A stretch of 32,000 nt of DNA from Zymomonas mobilis subsp. mobilis ATCC 10988 (GTDB lineage Bacteria > Pseudomonadota > Alphaproteobacteria > Sphingomonadales > Sphingomonadaceae). Each line of letters opens with the position of its first letter. Positions within the stretch are counted from its first letter, which is position 1. The stretch spans positions 1,230,001-1,262,000 of the forward strand of contig NC_017262.1 of NCBI RefSeq assembly GCF_000175255.2, in the 5' to 3' direction. Shown in pieces: positions 25,631 through 32,000 of this stretch. The notes beneath the pieces were generated by a model. The model was not told the origin of the DNA and searched no databases. It saw only the letters and a list, made by a program, of their open reading frames with translations. The translations under genes were made by a program, and so were the position numbers.

Positions 25631-26365
25631 TTAATCCGAACCCTTCACATTATTTCCAGCGATAGCCATGGTATCTGCATTCTCGTCGATGCAAATATCG
25701 GTATCCCAGTTCCAACCTATAAATCGGCACCACCGCATCAAAGATTTCTTGATACGGTCAGCTGTTGTTGGTGCAGTTAATGCAATATGTACCACATTTC
25801 CGCGTCCAACGGCCAATGACAAAATCATGCGGTCGACAGGCAAAACCCAACCTTTGACAGACTGGAAGTCTTGTCTTTCAGCATTTCTATTTTTTCCGCT
25901 TTGAAAAGCGTGATCCAGTTTTTTGCAACCATCCGGTGCCGCATCCGAGGCATGAAGCAAAAGGGCGGCTTGCCCATTTCGACAACTATCTATGATGCGT
26001 TCAAAACCGGTTAGCAGTCGTCCGGAACGCGCCTCTATGCCGAGCTGGTTTAACACCTGCTGTTGAAGCGCATTTTCTATACGGACAGGGAGATCAGAAG
26101 AAATAGTGATATCAGAGGTTTTGAAGGCGCGTTGTAATGCCGCCTTCAATTTGCCTTTGGTAATTGCCCGACTAAGTGCCGTATGATCAACACTGATCCA
26201 CGCCCCGCGTCCGGGCGCACGAGCCCGAACATCAGGGTGCACCGATCCGTCTGGGGCAAGGGCAAGTCGGATCAGATAATCGCGCGAGTCCTTACCACCG
26301 GTTAAAATACACCGGCGGGACGAATCAGTCTTCAGTTCATCATTGACGGTTTCATTGTCTTCCAT
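25631..26365 (-). CDS. YlxR-like (DUF448) / L7Ae-like (YlxQ-type) fusion protein of the nusA-infB operon
   Basis: 244 aa. The N-terminal half shows RRCILTG......LIRLAL.PDGSV.PD.....PGRGAWIS, the DUF448 pattern. The C-terminal half shows LGIEARSGRLLTGFERI....RNGQAALLLHASDAAPDG.KKL, which resembles the L7Ae/YlxQ fold pattern. The domain calls come from remembered motifs only. Confidence 0.7.
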   Translation of the reverse strand: MEDNETVNDELKTDSSRRCILTGGKDSRDYLIRLALAPDGSVHPDVRARAPGRGAWISVDHTALSRAITKGKLKAALQRAFKTSDITISSDLPVRIENALQQQVLNQLGIEARSGRLLTGFERIIDSCRNGQAALLLHASDAAPDGCKKLDHAFQSGKNRNAERQDFQSVKGWVLPVDRMILSLAVGRGNVVHIALTAPTTADRIKKSLMRWCRFIGWNWDTDICIDENADTMAIAGNNVKGSD

Positions 26366-26431
26366 ACGCCAAGGCGCCTCCTTTACATAAAGGAGCCTTG
26401 GGGCAATGGAAAATTATTCCATAAACCATTA

Positions 26432-28057
26432 TTAGGCTTTCTCCGACCTTGTTTCAGTGTCTTCCGAGGAATGGGTTTCATCTTCAGCGTCATCGAACCA
26501 ATGGGCTCGTGCTGCCATGATAATTTCATTCCCCTGTTCCTGACTGAGGCCATATTCAGCCAGAATACCGTCTTCTTCATTGTTATCAGACGAATGACGG
26601 CGTCTTTGATCCTGACGTTTTTTGTGAACAAGTTCGTCAGTTGAAAGATCACCTAGATCATCAAGCGTCTTAATACCAGCTTTTCCCAAGGTCAAAAGCA
26701 TTGCTTCTGTCATATAGGGTAAATCGGCCAGTGCGTCTTCAACACCAAGCTTGCGTCTTTCTTCACGTGCTTCCGCTTCACGCTGCTCTAAAGCTTCGCG
26801 AGCGCGGTTCTGCAATTCAGAAGCAAGCTCTTCGTCGATACCTTCAATAGCGGAAATTTCAGCCTGATCAACATAGGCAACTTCTTCAAGGCTACCAAAG
26901 CCTTCGGCTACCAGCAATTGTGCCAAGGTTTCATCAACATCAAGGTCGTGCTGGAATAATTCCGAATGAGCAACGAATTCTTTCTGTCGCCGTTCCGAAG
27001 CATCGGCTTCGGTCAGAATATCGATAGCAGACCCCGTCAACTGGCTGGCAAGGCGGACATTCTGCCCGCGACGGCCAATAGCCAATGAAAGTTGATCATC
27101 TGGCACAACGGCTTCGATACGGCTGTCATCTTCATCAATAACAACGCGAGAAACCTGTGCTGGCTGCAAGGAGTTTACGACGAAAGTTGCAAGATCTTCC
27201 GACCACGGAATAATATCGATCTTTTCGCCTTGAACTTCCTGAACAACGGCCTGAACACGGCTACCCTTCATACCCACGCAGGCACCGACCGGATCAATCG
27301 TGTTATCCTGACTGACAACAGCAATTTTGGCGCGGCTGCCCGGATCACGGGAGCAGGCTTTGATTTCAATGATACCGTCGTAAATTTCCGGCACTTCTTG
27401 CGCAAACAACTTCTTCATGAAATTCGGATGAGAGCGCGAAAGCAAAATCTGGGGGCCACGATTTTCACGGCGGACATTCATGATCAAGGAACGAACCCGA
27501 TCACCGACACGGAAAGTTTCACGCGGAATCTGTTGATCACGGCGTAAAGCACCTTCTGCGCGACCAAGATCAACAACGACATGACCAAATTCAATACGCT
27601 TGACGATACCGGTGATGATTTCACCGATACGGTCTTTAAATTCTGCATATTGCCGTTCACGTTCAGCATCGCGGACTTTTTGGAAAATAACCTGCTTAGC
27701 AGCCTGTGCGGCAATGCGGCCAAATTCGATCGGAGGCAGAGGATCGACGATAAAATCCCCAACCGAAGCACCATTTTGTAATTTTTGAGCGTCGACGACA
27801 GAAACCTGTTTGAAAAAGTCATCGACCTGATCGACTACTTCAACGACACGCCACAGACGCATGTCGCCGGTTTTCGGATCAATTTTTGCCCGAATGTCAT
27901 TTTCGGCGCCATAGCGGGCGCGTGCTGCACGCTGAATAGCTTCTTCCATCGCTTCAATAACGATAGCACGGTCAATCAGCTTTTCACGCGCCACGGCATC
28001 GGCGATCGCAAGCAACTCAGCCTTGTTGGCAGAAATGGCACTAGCCATATCGATCAT
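26432..28057 (-). CDS. nusA: Transcription termination/antitermination factor NusA (with C-terminal AR/HhH repeats)
   Basis: 541 aa. It has an S1 domain (GDRVRSLI), KH domains (PGSRAKIAV.S.D...DPVGACVGMKGSRVQAVV.E; RLASQLTG) and acidic C-terminal repeats. ATG 28057 overlaps the rimP stop (ATGA). An alternative ATG at 28048 sits 8 nt after GAAGGA. Confidence 0.95.
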   Translation of the reverse strand: MIDMASAISANKAELLAIADAVAREKLIDRAIVIEAMEEAIQRAARARYGAENDIRAKIDPKTGDMRLWRVVEVVDQVDDFFKQVSVVDAQKLQNGASVGDFIVDPLPPIEFGRIAAQAAKQVIFQKVRDAERERQYAEFKDRIGEIITGIVKRIEFGHVVVDLGRAEGALRRDQQIPRETFRVGDRVRSLIMNVRRENRGPQILLSRSHPNFMKKLFAQEVPEIYDGIIEIKACSRDPGSRAKIAVVSQDNTIDPVGACVGMKGSRVQAVVQEVQGEKIDIIPWSEDLATFVVNSLQPAQVSRVVIDEDDSRIEAVVPDDQLSLAIGRRGQNVRLASQLTGSAIDILTEADASERRQKEFVAHSELFQHDLDVDETLAQLLVAEGFGSLEEVAYVDQAEISAIEGIDEELASELQNRAREALEQREAEAREERRKLGVEDALADLPYMTEAMLLTLGKAGIKTLDDLGDLSTDELVHKKRQDQRRRHSSDNNEEDGILAEYGLSQEQGNEIIMAARAHWFDDAEDETHSSEDTETRSEKA

Positions 28058-28608
28058 CCTTCTCTTACAATCTGGTCGGCGCCTTCGCTGTCTAGCGGTT
28101 GGGTGGCGGCGATGAGCGCATCAGTCAATAATAATTTTGACCGTTCTATAGCTGAAAACGGCAAAATTTTCTGCCCTACTTTAGGACAATCCAATATAAC
28201 ATTATCAGCATCGTCGATACCGATAATTTCTCCGTCAAATTGTTTCCGGCCATCAAGCGGTGCTGATAACCGGATGCGAGCAGAAAAACCTTTCCAGTCC
28301 TGATAATCTTTCCGGCGCGTTAAAGGCCGGTCAATACCGGGGGAACTGACTTCGAGACGATATGCGTCTTCGATAGGATCCTGTTCGTCGAATATTTCCG
28401 AAAGACGGCGGGACAAAGCTTCACATTCGGTAAGACCAATCTGTCGCGTATCGGGGCGTTCAGCCATGATCTGCAAGGTCGGATCACTTTTGCCGCCAAA
28501 CATCGCAATACGGACAAGCTCTAAACCCAATGCCTTGACCTCAGGTTCGACCAAGGCGGTAATCGCTGGAATATCAACAACAGGGGCTTTCGGAGCCGTA
28601 TCAGTCAT
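28054..28608 (-). CDS. rimP: Ribosome maturation factor RimP
   Basis: 184 aa. ...LGLELV......GGK..TLQI..ER......L..CE.LSR.LS..FD..DPI...Y.LEVSSPGIDRPL is the RimP (DUF150) pattern. It lies immediately upstream of nusA. Confidence 0.9.
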   Translation of the reverse strand: MTDTAPKAPVVDIPAITALVEPEVKALGLELVRIAMFGGKSDPTLQIMAERPDTRQIGLTECEALSRRLSEIFDEQDPIEDAYRLEVSSPGIDRPLTRRKDYQDWKGFSARIRLSAPLDGRKQFDGEIIGIDDADNVILDCPKVGQKILPFSAIERSKLLLTDALIAATQPLDSEGADQIVREG

Positions 28609-29008
28609 AACTTTGCTTGTTCCGTTGTGTCATAAAATCAAAAGATTTCAGGACGTTTCGCGAGCCTCGTTTTCTCGCTTGTTGTTTTAACCGATGTCTT
28701 TTCAATATCTGTTTGCACAGATTATCGTGCCAGTATCAATTCAGACACTAGCCCCAACAAAGACCGTCGATGTCGAGGAGATACGAATTATATACAGATT
28801 GCGCGGTATTTCTACAAGAGGAGAATAAAGAATATTGCCGTTTTTACGACGATCTTTTCCCCTTTTACCTTGTTCGGAAAAAGATGTGTTTTTTAATCGT
28901 GAAGGGATCATTCGTTAATCGGGGATTATTTTCGCCCTTTCTATTCTGAATTTCTGCTATGTCGCCTGTAAATTGTGTCTTTCAGGATAATTTGAAGAAA
29001 GAATAGCC

Positions 29009-30337
29009 ATGCTTTGTCGTTCGAAAGGCTTTTTGTCAGGTCATTTTTCTAAAAAACGGACATCCGGTAAGGCTGCTTTTATGTTGGGGCAGTTATGCCT
29101 GTCTGCTTTTTTATTGAGCGGTTGTAATGTGATTAAAAAATATCACAAAGTGGTCGATGAAAAATTTGCAGCCGGTCGCGATGAAAGCGGAGATTCTTCC
29201 AGCGTTTTACAGGGACAATTAACGCCTGTTGATCGACGCCCCTTTATTATTCATGAAATTGCCCAATTCAATCATCCTATGGCGATGAGCTTTTTACCGG
29301 ATGGTACGCTGCTGGTTGCTGAAAAATCAGGACAGCTTAAATTATGGCATCCTGACAATAAAATCGGCGTTATTCGTAATCTGCCTGATGTTGTTAGTAA
29401 TGGCCAAGGTGGCTTGCTTGATATTGCCCCGCATCCCGATTTTGAAAAGAACCACCTTATTTATCTCAGCTGGACAGAATCCGAAAAGCTGTTGAAAGAA
29501 AAAGCCGCGCTTCGGAATGGCGAAAGCGTAGATGATCTATCCGGTGAAGACAAATCAGCTATGGGTGCCGTTATTGGTCGAGCTGAATTGGTTTGTGATA
29601 ACAAGGGCGGGGGGCGTCTCGCAGGCTTGTCCGTTATCTGGAGGCAAGAGCCTAAAACCGAAGGTGACGTCAATTTTGGTGCCAGAATGACTTTTGCACC
29701 GGATAAAAGCCTTTTCATCTCAAGTGGTGACAGATCACAGCCTGCCGCCGCTCAAGATATGAGTATCAATCTCGGGAAGATTGTCAGAATTACTGACATT
29801 GGCCGGATTCCTGCCGATAATCCTTTTAACGGAAGCAGTTTTCTAAAATCCCAGATATGGACTTCAGGACATCGTAATCCTTTAGGTATGGCCTTTTCTC
29901 CTGATGGACGGTTGTGGGAAAATGAAATTGGCCAAAATGGGGGTGATAAACTCAACCTCATCCAAAAGGGGGCTAATTACGGCTGGCCTATCGTAACAGC
30001 GGCAGCCGAACCGTCTTCTTCTACCGCTACCACGCCCACTCATCCTGAATTTACAAAGCCGAAATGGAGTTGGAGCACTAGTCTCGTGCCGTCATCCCTA
30101 CTTTTCTATACAGGAAATCTGTTTCCTGAATGGAAAGGCAATGCTTTTATCGGCGGTCTCGCTAGCCAAATGCTCGTCCGAATGGAGATAAAGGGCGACA
30201 AAGTCCGTGAGGCAGATCGCTGGCCAATGGGGCATCCTGTTCGTGATGTCGCTCAAGGTTCCGATGGCGCTTTGTGGGTTCTGTATGATGACAACAAAGG
30301 CGGAAAGCTCATCCGCTTGGCACCTCCGGGACGGTAA
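29009..30337 (+). CDS. Lipoprotein, PQQ-dependent soluble sugar (glucose/sorbosone-type, YliI-like) dehydrogenase beta-propeller
   Basis: 442 aa. A lipobox L-S-G-C (Cys39) follows a basic n-region. Motifs include PDGTLLVAEK.G.L, QGGLLDIA.HPDF, SGHRNP.GMAF.PDG.LW..E.G..GGD.LN and GANYGWP. An alternative start at ATG 29081 is possible. Confidence 0.8.
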   Translation: MLCRSKGFLSGHFSKKRTSGKAAFMLGQLCLSAFLLSGCNVIKKYHKVVDEKFAAGRDESGDSSSVLQGQLTPVDRRPFIIHEIAQFNHPMAMSFLPDGTLLVAEKSGQLKLWHPDNKIGVIRNLPDVVSNGQGGLLDIAPHPDFEKNHLIYLSWTESEKLLKEKAALRNGESVDDLSGEDKSAMGAVIGRAELVCDNKGGGRLAGLSVIWRQEPKTEGDVNFGARMTFAPDKSLFISSGDRSQPAAAQDMSINLGKIVRITDIGRIPADNPFNGSSFLKSQIWTSGHRNPLGMAFSPDGRLWENEIGQNGGDKLNLIQKGANYGWPIVTAAAEPSSSTATTPTHPEFTKPKWSWSTSLVPSSLLFYTGNLFPEWKGNAFIGGLASQMLVRMEIKGDKVREADRWPMGHPVRDVAQGSDGALWVLYDDNKGGKLIRLAPPGR

Positions 30338-30412
30338 ATTTTGCGTGCGATCGCTATTCCATGATGAATAGGGATTGCTTCGATATTTTTAAAAAATTGG
30401 GAATAAACTCAA

Positions 30413-31240
30413 ATGCTTTCTGCTGATGATAATAACCTGAAACGGATTGCGGATGCCTTGGAACGTCTGGCACCACCGCCAGCCGTATGGGCTGATCCGA
30501 TGGCTTCACCGGCCTATATCTGGCGTGGTCAAAATTTAATCGCTGCCCGTTCTTTCAAACCTTTTCCGCTTGATTGCTTGACCGGAGTAGATAGCCAGAA
30601 AAAAGCTTTGCTCGATAATACCGCAAGGCTGGCTAATCATCTGGCAGCCCATGACGTTTTGCTATGGGGTGCTAGAGGCAGCGGAAAATCAGCCTTATGC
30701 AAATCCGTTGTTGGTGAACTTCAGAAAGAAGGCGCCGACTTAGCTTTGATCGAGGTCGCTGGCGAAAGAGTTGATACGCTACCAGAATTATTTGGCTATA
30801 TTGCTGATCAACCGCGTAGTTTTGTTCTATTCGTTGACGATCTCGGCTTTGAAGAAGGTAGTTCAGCCCCTAGAATCTTACGTTCACTTTTAGAAGGGGG
30901 GGCAGAGGCTCGTCCTGATAACGCGCGGCTTTATGTTACCGCCAATCGTCGTCATATCATTGCGCGCCAAGTACAGGATACTGCAGAATCCTTTACCCGT
31001 GACAGTCTTGATGACCAATTGGCTTTGGCTGATCGTTTTGGCCTTAATTTAGGTTTCCATGTTTGTGACCAGAGCAATTACCTCGAAATGATAAGAGGAT
31101 ATGCAGCGCGCTTCGGTTTAACGTTAGATGAAAACCATGCCTTGTCATGGGTGCGCTCTAGAAGCGGCCTTTCTGGTCGTATGGCATGGCAATATATTAT
31201 TGAAATTGCGGGTGAACAGGGGCGCAATATTACACTTTAA
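30413..31240 (+). CDS. DUF815-type AAA+ ATPase (COG2607-like), function unknown
   Basis: 275 aa with Walker A LLWGARGSGKSAL and Walker B FVLFVDDL. The overall layout is as remembered for DUF815. Confidence 0.75.
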   Translation: MLSADDNNLKRIADALERLAPPPAVWADPMASPAYIWRGQNLIAARSFKPFPLDCLTGVDSQKKALLDNTARLANHLAAHDVLLWGARGSGKSALCKSVVGELQKEGADLALIEVAGERVDTLPELFGYIADQPRSFVLFVDDLGFEEGSSAPRILRSLLEGGAEARPDNARLYVTANRRHIIARQVQDTAESFTRDSLDDQLALADRFGLNLGFHVCDQSNYLEMIRGYAARFGLTLDENHALSWVRSRSGLSGRMAWQYIIEIAGEQGRNITL

Positions 31241-31271
31241 AAGCTGATTTTTATCGGCAGATAATCCTTTG

Positions 31272-31308
31272 AGGAAGGGTATAGATATATCCATATCCTT
31301 CCTTTTTG
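31272..31308 (+). terminator. Intrinsic terminator after the DUF815 gene
   Basis: AGGAAGG (31272-31278) pairs with CCTTCCT (31297-31303) around a partly paired AT-rich interior. It is followed by TTTTGG. Confidence 0.65.
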
Positions 31309-31403
31309 GTATTTTGATGCAATAAAATATTTATTTATGTAATTTTAGTATTTACTTCCCTTTATTAGAGGAATAAATTTTTATTTTTCACGAAGGGGGT
31401 AAT

Positions 31404-32000
31404 ATGAGTGAGGCCAATTTATTTCGTCGCCGCTTAATGCAGATGGCCGTAGGGGGTATTGTTGCTGCACCTTTCGTTCAGAAAAGCGCTCTATCAGCGG
31501 CAACGCCATTATCTTCTAATTCGTCTTTTGAAACGCCGGATAGCCTGCTTGGTGAAATGAGTGACGGCGTTTTTATCAATTATAATGAAAATCCCTTGGG
31601 TCCCTGCGCTAATGCGAGAGAGGCCTTGGCGAAAACAATTCCATTTAGTGGTCGCTATGGGATGAATTTTGCTGAAAATATTTCGAAAATTATCAGTCAG
31701 CAAGAAAATATTCCGGTCGATTATCTCCATTTTTTTGCGGGATCAACGGTTCCCCTTCACGCCGCCGCCATGGCTTTTTCTGATAAAGACCATGCCATTG
31801 CTTATCCGCTTCCTACTTTTGATATTTTTTTCAAAGCGCCGGACGGTAAAAATTTTGCGCCTCTAAAGCCGGTGCCGGTCAATGAGAAGCATCAAATTGA
31901 TGTCGCGGCTATGTTATCTGCGGCACCAGATGCCGGTCTTTACTATATTTGTAATCCAAATAATCCGACCGGTGTTGTTACGCCAATGCGCGACATAGAA
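31404..32000 (+). CDS. Class I/II (HisC-like) PLP aminotransferase with a twin-arginine signal peptide; the 3' end is beyond the window
   Basis: This ORF is not in the track because it has no stop in the window. ATG 31404 is preceded by AAGGGGG and is open for 199 codons to the window edge. It starts MSEANLFRRRLMQMAVGGIVAAPFVQKSALSAA, which gives an RR motif, an h-region and LSA-A. NENPLGP and the C-terminal NPNNPTG are aminotransferase class I/II motifs. Confidence 0.8.
   Translation, partial: MSEANLFRRRLMQMAVGGIVAAPFVQKSALSAATPLSSNSSFETPDSLLGEMSDGVFINYNENPLGPCANAREALAKTIPFSGRYGMNFAENISKIISQQENIPVDYLHFFAGSTVPLHAAAMAFSDKDHAIAYPLPTFDIFFKAPDGKNFAPLKPVPVNEKHQIDVAAMLSAAPDAGLYYICNPNNPTGVVTPMRDIE

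Noticed and set aside
1-32000. CRISPR arrays, IS elements, prophage, toxin-antitoxin or defence-system genes
   Set aside because: No spaced direct-repeat arrays, transposase/integrase-like ORFs or characteristic small gene pairs were seen on either strand. The window reads as housekeeping DNA.

Overview
This is a core-genome window from an AT-leaning alphaproteobacterium. Gene order, a circularly permuted tmRNA gene and the protein sequences look Sphingomonadales/Zymomonas-like, but that is inference from memory because no search was run.

Left third (+ strand): the distal spc and alpha ribosomal operons (rplF'-rplR-rpsE-rpmD | rplO | secY-adk | rpsM-rpsK-rpoA-rplQ), then tRNA-Ser(GGA).

Middle: a ~530-nt very AT-rich spacer, a mitochondrial-type aconitase plus NADP-isocitrate dehydrogenase pair, convergent trpC and a SulP/STAS permease. 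On the - strand follow a two-piece (permuted) ssrA, a CLC-F-type transporter preceded by what reads as a fluoride riboswitch, and an orphan HisKA_2 membrane histidine kinase.

Right third (- strand): the full rimP-nusA-(ylxR/ylxQ fusion)-infB-rbfA-tdk-truB-rpsO-pnp cluster. After it (+ strand) come a lipoprotein PQQ-type sugar dehydrogenase, a DUF815 AAA ATPase and the 5' part of a Tat-signal PLP aminotransferase.

I saw no CRISPR array, transposase, integrase, phage gene or recognisable defence gene, and I cannot support a novel multi-gene system here. The observations most worth a second look are:
- RNA-level: the permuted tmRNA, the fluoride-riboswitch candidate with an unusual expression platform, and the dense terminator-like punctuation of the ribosomal operons.
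- Gene-context oddities: tdk inside the rbfA-truB junction, and mito-type acn-icd next to a tRNA gene.
- Protein-level: the Tat-exported aminotransferase, and Arg/Gly-rich extensions on S5 and PNPase.
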